Shown here in pieces: positions 38,046 through 47,783 of a stretch of DNA of 64,000 bases. The notes beneath the pieces are model-generated. The model did no database searches. It was not told the origin of the DNA and was given only the letters and a program-made list of their open reading frames with translations. Positions within the stretch are counted from its first letter, which is position 1, and the number at the start of each line of letters is the position of its first letter. Both the position numbers and the translations under genes were made by a program. Origin of the DNA: Myxococcota bacterium (GTDB taxonomy: Bacteria; Myxococcota_A; UBA9160; JAFDDA01); assembly GCA_965228475.1 (NCBI GenBank), contig OZ245817.1, positions 1,376,001-1,440,000 of the forward strand, in the 5' to 3' direction.

Positions 38046-39109
38046 CGGGCGAAGCCAGAGAAGGCCCGCTCGCCGCGGAGCCGCTGCCCGGAGAGCGGGG
38101 CCTCGAAGAGAGCCTCCGCCCGCGATCCCTCGACGAGTTCGTCGGCCAGGCCCGGCTGCGTGAGAACCTCCAGGTCTTCCTGAAGGCGGCGCGCGAGCGC
38201 GGCGAGGCCGTCGACCACCTGCTCTTCTACGGCCCGCCGGGCCTCGGCAAGACGGCGCTCGCCCACATCATCGCGCGGGAGATGTCGGCGCAGCTGCGCG
38301 CGACGAGCGGCCCGGTGCTCGAGCGAGCCGGCGACGTGGCGGCGATGCTCTCGAACCTCGACGCCGGCGACGTGCTCTTCATCGACGAGATCCACCGCCT
38401 CCACCCGGTGGTCGAGGAGATCCTCTACCCCGCGATGGAGGACTTCCGGCTCGATCTGGTGATCGGGCAGGGCCCCGCGGCGCGCAGCGTCCGGCTCGAT
38501 CTGCCGCGCTTCACGCTGGTCGGCGCGACCACGCGCGCGGGCCTGCTCTCCTCCCCGCTGCGAGACCGCTTCGGCTACGTCGCGCGCCTCGACTACTACC
38601 CGCCGGACGACCTGCGCGAGATCCTCGTGCGCTCGGCCCGGCTCATGGGCGTCGAGATCGCGCCCGACGCCGCGCTCGAGGTCGCGCGCCGCTCCCGCGG
38701 AACGCCGCGCATCGCGAACCGGCTGCTGCGGCGGGTGCGGGACTTCGCCGAGGTCGGCGCCGGGGAGTCGGCCGGAGGTGAGGGGCCGGCGGGGATCGGC
38801 CTCGAGCAGGCGCAGTACGCCCTCGAGCGGCTCGAGGTCGACGACGCGGGCTTCGATGCCCTCGACCGCATGCTGCTGCGGACCCTGATCGAGAAGTTCG
38901 GCGGCGGCCCGGTCGGGATCGACACCCTCGCCGCGGCCCTCGGTGAGGATCGCGGGACGCTCGAGGACATCGTCGAGCCCTTCCTCATCCAGGGAGGTTT
39001 CCTCGAGCGCACGCCCCGCGGCCGGGTCGCGACACCGGCAGCTTTCGCGCACTTCGGGCATCCGCCCCCGAGCGGCGGCGGCGGCGCCCGCCAGGGGCGG
39101 CTCCTCTAG
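38042..39109 (+). CDS. ruvB: Holliday junction helicase RuvB
   Basis: [33 protein letters not shown]. Confidence 0.96.
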   Translation: MTGEAREGPLAAEPLPGERGLEESLRPRSLDEFVGQARLRENLQVFLKAARERGEAVDHLLFYGPPGLGKTALAHIIAREMSAQLRATSGPVLERAGDVAAMLSNLDAGDVLFIDEIHRLHPVVEEILYPAMEDFRLDLVIGQGPAARSVRLDLPRFTLVGATTRAGLLSSPLRDRFGYVARLDYYPPDDLREILVRSARLMGVEIAPDAALEVARRSRGTPRIANRLLRRVRDFAEVGAGESAGGEGPAGIGLEQAQYALERLEVDDAGFDALDRMLLRTLIEKFGGGPVGIDTLAAALGEDRGTLEDIVEPFLIQGGFLERTPRGRVATPAAFAHFGHPPPSGGGGARQGRLL

Positions 39110-39301
39110 CAGCCCCCCGGGCCTCGGGTCCGTCGCACGACCCTTCAAGAGATCTGGACAGGCCCGGCAAAGCGCTGTTCTCGCTCCGGGGGTGGTCCGA
39201 TACGCCCAGGGTCGAGCACCGGCCTGCGCTGCGCAGCGCGCTCCGGACGACCGGCCGGAATGCGGTCTGAAGGCTCGACTGGAAAGGGATCGGAGCCCGA
39301 C

Positions 39302-41854
39302 GTGGCCATCCTGGGACGGCTTATCTCCTTCGTGTTCGGCGTGGCCCTGCTCGGCCTCGGCGGGGCCGGGCTCGCGCTCGCCTACGCGCCGGAGACCGGC
39401 CTCGGCAACCTGGCCGACCCGCTGCTCGCGGCAGCCGGAGAGGCCCTCGCCGCCACCGGCAACGGCTTCGATCTCGAGCAGGCCCACCGCTTCCTTTCCG
39501 ACCCGGTGCTCCGCTTCGCCCTGCCGGGGCTCGGCCTCTTCCTCACCGGATCCGCCGTGTGGCCGCGTGGCGGCACGGACGAGGCCCCGGCGGAGAAGAA
39601 GCACAGCGACGACGTCACCCTCGACAAGACGGCCAAGAAGCAGTTCACGAAGGAAGCGCGCAACCTCGCGAAGAAGGGCGACCTGGCCGAAGCCGCCGAG
39701 GTCTACCGGGATTCGGGGGACCTCGACAAGGCGGCGAGCGTCCTGATCGAAGGCGAACGCTTCGAGCGCGCCGCCGAGATCCGCCGGGAGCAGGGCGACC
39801 TCGCCGCCTGCGCGGAGCTCTACTTGAAGGCCGAGCGCACCGACCTGGCGGCCCGTGCCTACGCCGACGGCGGCGCCTTCGAGAAGGCCGCGCGCTGCTA
39901 CGTCGAACTCGACCAGCACAGCCTGGCCGGGGAGATGTTCGAGCAGGCGAAGTGCTGGAAGGAAGCCGGGGATTCCTTCGCGAAGATCGAGTTCCATCGC
40001 GAGGCCGCGAAGGCCTACATCAAGGCGCGCGATTGGGTCCGGGCCGCGAAGTCCATCGAAGAGGTCGTGCAGGACGAGTTCGCGCGGGTCACGGACCCGA
40101 ACAAGCGCAAGGAGCGCCGCAAGCTCGTCCTGAAGGCCGCCGAGCTCTGGCGCGAGGCGAACGAGCTCGAGGAGGCCCAGCGCGTCCTCGAGAAGGGCGA
40201 GTGCTTCGGCCACGCCGGTGCGCTCGCCATGGAGCTCGAGCAGTTCGAGCGCGCCGCGGAGCTCTTCTTCCGCGCCGAGGATGCCGAGCGCGGCGCCGAG
40301 GCCCTGCGGCGCCTCGGCCGCGACGAAGAGGCCGCGCGCCTGCTCGGGGAGCACTACCGGGACCGCGGCCGGGACGAAGAGGCGGCCGCCCTCCTGATGG
40401 AAGCGAAGGAGTTCGAGCAGGCCGGCGATCTCTATCGCAAGCTCGAAGAGTTCCTGCGCGCGGGCGAGTGCTTCGAAGCCTCCGGTGACCACGCGACCGC
40501 CGCCGAGATGTACCGCGCCGCGGGCGATCTCACGCGCGCCGCCGTGGGCTACGAAGGCGCGGAAGCCTGGGCGGAAGCCGCGAGCTGCTGGTCCGAACTC
40601 GGAGACCACGCGCGCCACGCGGCGGCTCTCGAGCCCGCGGGCCGCTACCTCGAGGCGGGCCGGATCTACCAGGAGCTCGGCCGCGACGAGGACGCCGTGC
40701 GCGTGCTCCAGAAGATCGACGGCGAGCACGCGGACTACCGCGCCGCCTCGGCCATGCTCGGCGAGTTCTTCCGCGGGAAGAAGATGTTCGCCGTGGCGAT
40801 CAAGAAGCTCCGCCAGGCCTGCGAGGGCCAGGACCTCACGCCCGAGAGCGCTCCGCTCTTCTACCACCTCGCGCGCTGCTTCGAGGACAACGGCGACGTC
40901 AAGCAGGCGGTCGACCTCTACGAGCGCATCCTCGCCTTCGACATCCAGTGGGAGGACGTGAGCAAGCGGCTCGAGACCGTGCGCAAGCGCCTCCAGATCG
41001 AAGGCGACCGCGAGGCCGAAGCGGACGGCAAGAAGAAGGGCGAGCAGCGCTACCAGATCGTCGGCGAGCTCGGGCGCGGCGGCATGGGCATCGTCTACAA
41101 GGCGCTCGACACCGTGCTCGACCGGGAGGTCGCCTACAAGGTCCTGCCCGACACCCTGAAGCAGAACGCGAAGGCCCTCGAGAACTTCCTGCGCGAGGCC
41201 AAGAGCGCGGCCCAGCTGAACCACCCGAACATCGTGACCGTCTACGACGCGGGCGAGCAGGGCGGCCAGTACTACATCGCGATGGAGTACGTCGACGGGA
41301 CGACGCTGAAGGACATCGTGCGCCGCAAGGGCATCGTGAAGCCGCGCGGCGTGCTCCACGTCCTGGCCCAGATGTGCGAGGCGCTCGAGTTCGCCCACGC
41401 GAAGGGCATCGTCCACCGCGACATCAAGACCGCCAACACCATGTGGACGCGCGACAAGAAGGCCAAGATCATGGACTTCGGCCTGGCCAAGGCCATCGAG
41501 GAAGTCCGCAACCACACGACGATGGTCTCGGGCACGCCCTTCTACATGAGCCCCGAGCAGACCCTCGGGAAGAACATCGACCACCGGACGGACATCTACT
41601 CGCTCGGCGTCTCGATCTTCGAGATGGCCACCGGCCGGGTGCCCTTCCGGGAGGGCAACGTGCCCTACCACCACGTCCACACCCCACCGCCCGACCCTTG
41701 CGAGGTGAACCCGAAGCTCCCGCCGCTGCTCGGCCGGATCATCTCGCGCTGCCTCAAGAAGGACCCGGCGGAGCGCTACCAGACGGCCGGCGAGATCCTG
41801 GCCGAGGTCCGGGCGGCTCTGACGCGCCGCGACGAAGGGACGGCCAAATCGTGA
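39302..41854 (+). CDS. Membrane-anchored TPR-repeat Hanks-type Ser/Thr kinase
   Basis: Two N-terminal hydrophobic segments and helical repeats. Kinase motifs GRGGMG, VAYK, HRDIKTAN, DFG, GTPFYMSPEQ. Start at GTG 39302 is a best guess. Confidence 0.9.
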   Translation: MAILGRLISFVFGVALLGLGGAGLALAYAPETGLGNLADPLLAAAGEALAATGNGFDLEQAHRFLSDPVLRFALPGLGLFLTGSAVWPRGGTDEAPAEKKHSDDVTLDKTAKKQFTKEARNLAKKGDLAEAAEVYRDSGDLDKAASVLIEGERFERAAEIRREQGDLAACAELYLKAERTDLAARAYADGGAFEKAARCYVELDQHSLAGEMFEQAKCWKEAGDSFAKIEFHREAAKAYIKARDWVRAAKSIEEVVQDEFARVTDPNKRKERRKLVLKAAELWREANELEEAQRVLEKGECFGHAGALAMELEQFERAAELFFRAEDAERGAEALRRLGRDEEAARLLGEHYRDRGRDEEAAALLMEAKEFEQAGDLYRKLEEFLRAGECFEASGDHATAAEMYRAAGDLTRAAVGYEGAEAWAEAASCWSELGDHARHAAALEPAGRYLEAGRIYQELGRDEDAVRVLQKIDGEHADYRAASAMLGEFFRGKKMFAVAIKKLRQACEGQDLTPESAPLFYHLARCFEDNGDVKQAVDLYERILAFDIQWEDVSKRLETVRKRLQIEGDREAEADGKKKGEQRYQIVGELGRGGMGIVYKALDTVLDREVAYKVLPDTLKQNAKALENFLREAKSAAQLNHPNIVTVYDAGEQGGQYYIAMEYVDGTTLKDIVRRKGIVKPRGVLHVLAQMCEALEFAHAKGIVHRDIKTANTMWTRDKKAKIMDFGLAKAIEEVRNHTTMVSGTPFYMSPEQTLGKNIDHRTDIYSLGVSIFEMATGRVPFREGNVPYHHVHTPPPDPCEVNPKLPPLLGRIISRCLKKDPAERYQTAGEILAEVRAALTRRDEGTAKS

Positions 41855-41943
41855 TCATTCGGTCACGGCCGTAACTCGAACGTCACCCCAGAGGCGCCCT
41901 TTCGCCTTCTGGGGAAGCGGCACCCGGGCGGCATCCGCCTCTC

Positions 41944-41956
41944 CAAACGCCTGATT
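41944..41956 (-). promoter_or_regulatory. Putative IHF-binding site
   Basis: Minus-strand AATCAGGCGTTTG matches WATCARNNNNTTR, in an AT-richer patch upstream of a sigma54 motif. Confidence 0.5.
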
Positions 41957-42006
41957 TACGAAGATTTTACGGTTTTCGTTGCCGGTTTTCGCTGCGCTGC
42001 GTCAGT

Positions 42007-42023
42007 TCGGCACAGTGCTTGCT
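42007..42023 (+). promoter_or_regulatory. Putative sigma54 (-24/-12) promoter of lpxC
   Basis: TCGGCACAGTGCTTGCT: GG at 42009-42010 and GC at 42021-42022 with canonical spacing (GGCAC-N5-TTGC). Confidence 0.7.
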
Positions 42024-42091
42024 ATTCCAAGGGCCGATCATGGGGAACGTCGGCCAGGAGTCGGCGCAGGTTCGTCCTGGAGGGGGTGACT

Positions 42092-43000
42092 ATGAACCAG
42101 CATACCATCGCGGAGAAGGTGTCCTGCACCGGCGTCGGGCTTCACACGGGCCAGCCCGTGCACCTGACCCTGCACCCCGCGCGCGTCGGTTCCGGCATCG
42201 TCTTCGTCCGGACGGATCTCGCCACCCCCGTCGAGCTGCCCGCGCGCCCGGACTCGGTCGTCGATACCACCCTGGCGACGACGCTCGGTTCCGGCGAGGC
42301 GAAGGTCAGCACGATCGAGCACCTCCTGGCTGCGCTGCACGGCCTCGGCATCGACAACGTCCGCGTCGAACTCGACGGCCCCGAAGTCCCGGTGATGGAC
42401 GGCAGCTCGGCCTCCTTCGTCTACCTGATCCGCCTGGCGGGGATCTTCGAGCAGCCGGCGCCCCGCCGCACGCTGCGCATCCGGAAGCCCATCGAGGTTC
42501 GCGACGGCGACCGCTTCGCCCGCATCGAGCCGCTCTCGGGCCGCTTCCAGATCAGCTACGACGTCGACTACGACCACCCGATGATCGGCCGGCAGTCCCT
42601 GCGCGAGCTCGTGATCACGCCCGAGACCTTCGAGGCCGAGATCAGCCGCGCGCGGACGTTCGGCTTCCTGCGCGACGTCCAGGCGCTCTGGCGCATGGGC
42701 CTCGGCAAGGGCGGCTCCCTCGAGAACGCCGTGGTGCTCGACGACGCCGCGGTGGTGAACCCCGAGGGTGTCCGCTGGGCCGACGAGTTCGTGCGGCACA
42801 AGGTGCTCGACCTGATCGGTGACTTCGCGCTGCTCGGCCGCACCATCCAGGGCCACGTGGTGGTGCACAAGGGCGGCCATGCGCTGCACCAGGCGCTCGC
42901 GGCCGAGGTGCTGCGGGTGATCGAGGCCCAGGAGCGCAAGGCGCGGAACGCCCGGGCGACCCGTCAGGCCGCCGCGCTCACACCCGTCACCGCGGGCTAG
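42092..43000 (+). CDS. lpxC: UDP-3-O-acyl-GlcNAc deacetylase
   Basis: GVGLHTG, TIEHLLAAL, MDGSS, ARTFGF, HKVLDLIGD; GGAGG SD. Confidence 0.96.
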   Translation: MNQHTIAEKVSCTGVGLHTGQPVHLTLHPARVGSGIVFVRTDLATPVELPARPDSVVDTTLATTLGSGEAKVSTIEHLLAALHGLGIDNVRVELDGPEVPVMDGSSASFVYLIRLAGIFEQPAPRRTLRIRKPIEVRDGDRFARIEPLSGRFQISYDVDYDHPMIGRQSLRELVITPETFEAEISRARTFGFLRDVQALWRMGLGKGGSLENAVVLDDAAVVNPEGVRWADEFVRHKVLDLIGDFALLGRTIQGHVVVHKGGHALHQALAAEVLRVIEAQERKARNARATRQAAALTPVTAG

Positions 43001-43036
43001 CCGACACTACGCGTCGGATCGATCCAGAGCGGACGG

Positions 43037-45112
43037 CTAGGAGCCGTTCTTCAGGAATCCACCGAGCAGGCCGCGCAGGCCGCGCTCGCCGTTCTCCTCG
43101 TTTGCCGTCTCCACGGGAGCGGCCGGCTTCGGGCTCGGCGGGTCGTCGCCCCGGTAGAGCAGGACCTTCTCGAGGGCCTCTCGCACGTCCTCGCGGTCGG
43201 GGTCGTGGGCGAGGGACTGGCGGTACGCCTCCGCGGCTGCCGTCATGTCCTCGAGCGGGCCGGCGCGGAGCTTGCCGAGTTCGCTGTAGAGATCCGCGAG
43301 CCGATCGTCCCGGTCCGAGGGCGTTCGCGCGGCCACGCGCTCGATCGTCCGAGCCGCCGTGGTCCAGTCGCCGAGGCCGCGGAGTACGTGGAGGGCGCCC
43401 GAGAGCGGCTGCGGGTCGCACGGGGACTCTTCCGCCGCGGCGGACCAGGCGCTCGCCGCGCTGCGCGCGTCGCCCTTCTCTTCGAGCAGGGTCGCGCGGG
43501 TCGTGAACAGGCGCGTGCGGGATTCGGGGTCCTTGACCGTCGCCAGGGCGCGGCGCGTCACGTCGAGGGCCTCTTCGTCGTTGCCCGCCTCGTAGTGGAC
43601 GTTCGCGAGCAGCAGCCAGGCGTCGCCGAGCGACGGGTCGCGCGAGAGGCCTTCGTGCAGGCGGGCCAGGACGTCTTCGTCGTTCGCGCCGGAATCCCGC
43701 AGGAGCCGCGCGGCGCGGGCCATGCGTTCGGCGCGGGCCTTCGGTTCTTCCGTGCGTTCCGCCCAGCGGTCGACGAGCGCGGCGGCTTCCGCCCAGCGCT
43801 CCTGACGTTCGAGGATGCGGATCGCACCGGCCAGGGCGGCGTCGTGGTCCGGGTCGCCTTCGAGGATCTGCTGGTAGCCCGCGAGGGCCTCTTCGAGATC
43901 GCCCCGGGTCTCGAGCCCGGCCGCGGCGATCGCCCGGTGCAGGGTCGGCTGGGTGTCGACGGTGCCGAGCGAGAGGCGCTTCTGGACCGCTTCGGCGGCG
44001 GCGTCGACGTCGCCGAGGTCGAAGCGGGTCTCGGCCAGTCCCGAGAGTGCGGCGGCGTTCTCGCGGTCGAGCTCGACGCCCCACTGGAAGAGCTCGGCGG
44101 CTTCTTCGACGAGCCCCTTCGCGCGGGCGCGCTCGGCGGTCTCGACGAGCAGCTCGAGCAGGAGCGCGCCGCCGACGGCGCCCTCCGCATCGCGCCGCGC
44201 GAGGGCCTCGCGCAGCCAGGGCAGGGCCGAGAGCGGATCGTCGCCGTGCTCGACGCGCCCGCGGGCGGCGCCGTAGGCAATCCGGGACTGATCGCCCGGG
44301 TCGCTGGCGAGGCCGAAGCGCCGCTCCTGGAGGACGAGGACTTCGTCCCAGTCTCCGCGCCGGGCGGCGAGGTCCGTGAGGGCGGTCAGGGCTTCGTGGT
44401 GGTCCGGCTCGTCGCGGGTCGCTTCGAGGTAGAGCCGACCCGCACGCTCGTCGTCGTCGAGTTCGAACTCGACGAGGCGGGCGAGGGCCACGCGCGCGCG
44501 GGCGCGCTCCGGGCCTTCGACCAGGCCGATGGCGTGTTGGTAGGCGTCGATGGCCCGCTCACCGCGACCCACCTGTTCGAGCAGGGAGGCGTGGCGGAGC
44601 GCCGCTTCGGCGTTGCGCGGGTCGTCGCTCGCGGCGAGCTGGAAGTGACAGAGCGCCTGCTCCGGATCGTTCGCGTGGCGCAGCCAGATCTCCCCGCACT
44701 CGAGGTGGAGGGCCGCGCGCGCGCGGGCGGCGATCGGGCAGGAAAGTTCCTGTTCGGCGACCTGGAGCACGAGCTCCCAGCTCCCGACGGCGCCGTAGGC
44801 CTGGCGCAGGGCGCGCAGGGCAGGGCGGTAGTCGGGCGCGCGCTCGGCGGCCTCGCGGTAGCGGAGCAGCGCCGCGCCGTGGTCGCCGCGGCCGCGTTCG
44901 AGCATCTGGCCGAGGCGCACGAGGATGCGCGCCTGGTCCGTCGGAGAACCGGACTCGGTCTCGGCGCCGAGGCGGCGCACGTAGAGCGCTTCGAGCTCCG
45001 ACCACTCCTCGTGCAGGTAGTGGTGCTCTTCGAGCGCTTCGAAGGCGGCGCGGTCCCTCGGGTCGGCCTCGAGGCGGCGGCGATGGCTGGCGACGGGCGA
45101 TTCCGCTGACAT
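43037..45112 (-). CDS. Large TPR-repeat protein
   Basis: ATG at 45112 with GGAGG SD; continuous TPR-like repeats (A...Y..A...DP). Confidence 0.8.
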   Translation of the reverse strand: MSAESPVASHRRRLEADPRDRAAFEALEEHHYLHEEWSELEALYVRRLGAETESGSPTDQARILVRLGQMLERGRGDHGAALLRYREAAERAPDYRPALRALRQAYGAVGSWELVLQVAEQELSCPIAARARAALHLECGEIWLRHANDPEQALCHFQLAASDDPRNAEAALRHASLLEQVGRGERAIDAYQHAIGLVEGPERARARVALARLVEFELDDDERAGRLYLEATRDEPDHHEALTALTDLAARRGDWDEVLVLQERRFGLASDPGDQSRIAYGAARGRVEHGDDPLSALPWLREALARRDAEGAVGGALLLELLVETAERARAKGLVEEAAELFQWGVELDRENAAALSGLAETRFDLGDVDAAAEAVQKRLSLGTVDTQPTLHRAIAAAGLETRGDLEEALAGYQQILEGDPDHDAALAGAIRILERQERWAEAAALVDRWAERTEEPKARAERMARAARLLRDSGANDEDVLARLHEGLSRDPSLGDAWLLLANVHYEAGNDEEALDVTRRALATVKDPESRTRLFTTRATLLEEKGDARSAASAWSAAAEESPCDPQPLSGALHVLRGLGDWTTAARTIERVAARTPSDRDDRLADLYSELGKLRAGPLEDMTAAAEAYRQSLAHDPDREDVREALEKVLLYRGDDPPSPKPAAPVETANEENGERGLRGLLGGFLKNGS

Positions 45113-45348
45113 GACTCCCCTCCGGAGGCACGGGAAGCGTCCGTGCCCTCCGCGTGCTCCTGCGCGCGTTCCATGGATCCGGCGTGAGGCCGCCCTCCGT
45201 TCTCCGGGGCTGGCCTCGGGCCTTGCTCCGTCGAACTCATCGTCCGGCTCGGGGATAACCTTGATGTTTGCCGGTCGGGTGCACGCTGCCGGGGTGTCCC
45301 CGAAGCGGGGGGATCGCCACTCGGGCGTTCCGCGGACGGGCTTGGGCG

Positions 45349-47751
45349 CTACTCGGCCGAGAGCTTCGCGGCGAGGGCCCGAGCGCGTTCCGAGAACGGC
45401 GGCTCGAGTTCGCTCGCTTCGATCTGCGCAAGCGACGCGCGCGCCTCGCCCGGCCGATCGAGCGCGGCCAGGGCCGAAGCCTCGAGGTACCGCAGATGGG
45501 GCGTCAGGTGGGCCGGGGCGTCCGGCAACAGGCCGCGGACGATCTCGAGACACGCGGCCGCTTCTCCGCGCGCGAGGTGGACGCTCGCGAGCGTGTCGAG
45601 GCTCTCCGGCGTCCCGAGCGCGGCGGAAGCGCTGCGCGCGAGCCGGAGGGCTTCTTCGAGGCTCTGGCCGGCGACGGCCAGCCCCCAGGCGAGGTCGTTC
45701 TGGCGGCGCGGGTCGTTCGGGTCGAGGCCGTAGGGCTGCCGCCAGGCATCGACGGCCTCCTCGAGCTGCCCTGCGTGCTGGAGGCTCAGCGCCAGGGAAC
45801 TCCACGCCGTCTGCGAAGTCGGCTCACGGCGGGTCAGCCGGCGCAGGCGTGCGATCGCGGCGTCCTGCCGCCCCGCCTGGGTCTCGGCGTGGGCGATGCG
45901 CGCCTGGGTCTCCGCCTGGCCGAGGAAGGAGGGCGAGAGCGCCGCGAGGTGCGCGTCGGCGGCCTCGGTGTCGCCGCTTTCGAAGGCGAGCAGCGCGAGC
46001 TGGAAGCGGGCGCCGCCCGGCGGGTCCTCGAGGGCCGTGGCCTGCTCGAAGAAGGCTCGGGCCTGCTCGCGATCCCCGCGCCGGTGGGCGACCCGGCCGA
46101 GCCCGATCAGGCCCGACGGGCTTTCGGGATCCTGCGCGGCGGTCTCCCGGAACGCCGCCTCGGCTTCTTCGAGCTCGCCCTGTCCGATCAGTCCGAGGCC
46201 GAGCACGTAGTGATGGACCGACATCAGCGGGTCGATCTCGACGAGCCTGCGCCCCGCATCGACGACGATGTCGTAGCGCGCGGAGAGGACGCCGGCGTTG
46301 GCGCGCATGAGCAGGATGTGGCGGCCCGGTTGCTCGATCGGCGCGAGGAGGGCGAGCGCCTGGTCGCCGCGGCCATCCGAGAGGTGGGCCGCGGCGCGCT
46401 GCATGGCGCTGGCCTCCTGCATGTGATCCTTCGGATCCGGGCCGCCGACGACGCCGAGCTCCGTGAGGTCGACGCCTTCGCTTCCCGGCATCAGGTACCC
46501 GAGGCTTTCGAGGCGGGCGCGATCTTCGGCGGTCAGCTCGGCTCCGCCCTGGTTGCCGCGGGCGCGGGCGAGCACTTCGTCGATCTTCCGGTCGAAGGCC
46601 TCGACGCGTTCGGGCTGTTCGGCGGCGACGTTCCGGAGCTCGTTCGGGTCGGCCGCGAGGTCGTAGAGCTCGGGCCGCGGCGCCCGCAGGTACTTGTACC
46701 CCTCGGCGCGAATGCCGAGCACCGGGCTCCACCCCATCGAGATCTGCGGTTCGAGGGCCTCGACGTAGGCCACCCGCTCGCTCTCGGGTTCCGCGCCCAG
46801 GGCCAGGGGGACGAGGCTCTTCCCCGTGGTGTCCGGCAGCGGCGGCAGGTCGGCCAGTTCGAGCAGGGTCGGCGCGATGTCCGCCGAGCGGACCTGGTCG
46901 TCCACCACGGCGCCGCGCCCGAGGCCCGGCCCGCTGATGATCAAGGGAACGCGCTGGGTCGCGTCGTAGACGGTCAGCGAGTGGGTCGCCTCTCCGTGCT
47001 CGCCGAGCGCCTCCCCGTGGTCGCTCGTCACGATGATCGCGAGCTTCTCGAACCCGAAGCGGCGCCGGATTCCCGCGAGGAGGCGCGCGACCTGGGCGTC
47101 GCTGAAGGCGATCTCGCCCGCGTAGGGGTCCTGGCGGTGGCGGCCGGCGAAGGGCTCCGGCGGGTTGTAGTTGGCGTGGGGGTCGTAGAGGTGGACCCAG
47201 AGGAAGAACTTCTCCGGCGCCTCCCGCACCCAGTCGAGGGCGGCATCCACGACGAGGTCGCCCCGCCGTTCGGCGTAGGAGAACGGGCTTCCGGCGGCCC
47301 GGCGCTGGCCGATGTCGTCGTCGTAGACGTCGAAGCCGCGGTCGAGCCCGAACTGGCTGTCGAGCACGAAGGCCGCGACGAAGGCGGCGGTGCCGTACCC
47401 GCCCTGCTGGAAGTGCTCGCCGACGGTGGGAATGGTCGGGTCGAGCGAGAAGACCGAGTTGCCGCGCACGCCGTGCTCGGGCGGCTCGAGGCCCGTCAGC
47501 ATCGAAGCGTGGGAGGGACGGGTGATCGGGGTCGGCGCGATGGCCTGGTCGAAGCGCACGCCCGCTGCGGCGAGCCGGTCGAGGGTCGGCGTTTCCGCGT
47601 TCTTGTCGCCGTAGGCTCCGACGCGATCGGCGCGCAGCGTGTCGAGGGTGATCAGGACGACCCGGTCGACGGGCGGGCGCTCGGGCTCGCGGCCACAGCC
47701 CCAAGAGAGGAGCGCACAAAGTGCGATCACGACGTGGCCCGGAGCCGACAT
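45349..47751 (-). CDS. Sulfatase-like/alkaline-phosphatase-superfamily lipoprotein with C-terminal TPRs
   Basis: Lipobox LSWGC; LITLDTLRAD, PITRPSHASMLTG, HLYDPH, SDHGE; AAAGGAG SD. Confidence 0.85.
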   Translation of the reverse strand: MSAPGHVVIALCALLSWGCGREPERPPVDRVVLITLDTLRADRVGAYGDKNAETPTLDRLAAAGVRFDQAIAPTPITRPSHASMLTGLEPPEHGVRGNSVFSLDPTIPTVGEHFQQGGYGTAAFVAAFVLDSQFGLDRGFDVYDDDIGQRRAAGSPFSYAERRGDLVVDAALDWVREAPEKFFLWVHLYDPHANYNPPEPFAGRHRQDPYAGEIAFSDAQVARLLAGIRRRFGFEKLAIIVTSDHGEALGEHGEATHSLTVYDATQRVPLIISGPGLGRGAVVDDQVRSADIAPTLLELADLPPLPDTTGKSLVPLALGAEPESERVAYVEALEPQISMGWSPVLGIRAEGYKYLRAPRPELYDLAADPNELRNVAAEQPERVEAFDRKIDEVLARARGNQGGAELTAEDRARLESLGYLMPGSEGVDLTELGVVGGPDPKDHMQEASAMQRAAAHLSDGRGDQALALLAPIEQPGRHILLMRANAGVLSARYDIVVDAGRRLVEIDPLMSVHHYVLGLGLIGQGELEEAEAAFRETAAQDPESPSGLIGLGRVAHRRGDREQARAFFEQATALEDPPGGARFQLALLAFESGDTEAADAHLAALSPSFLGQAETQARIAHAETQAGRQDAAIARLRRLTRREPTSQTAWSSLALSLQHAGQLEEAVDAWRQPYGLDPNDPRRQNDLAWGLAVAGQSLEEALRLARSASAALGTPESLDTLASVHLARGEAAACLEIVRGLLPDAPAHLTPHLRYLEASALAALDRPGEARASLAQIEASELEPPFSERARALAAKLSAE

Positions 47752-47783
47752 CTCCATGCTCCTTTCGCGGATCCAGTGACTCA

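Noticed and set aside
41886..41914. Hairpin after the Ser/Thr kinase gene
   Set aside because: Imperfect stem without a U-tract; insufficient to call a terminator.
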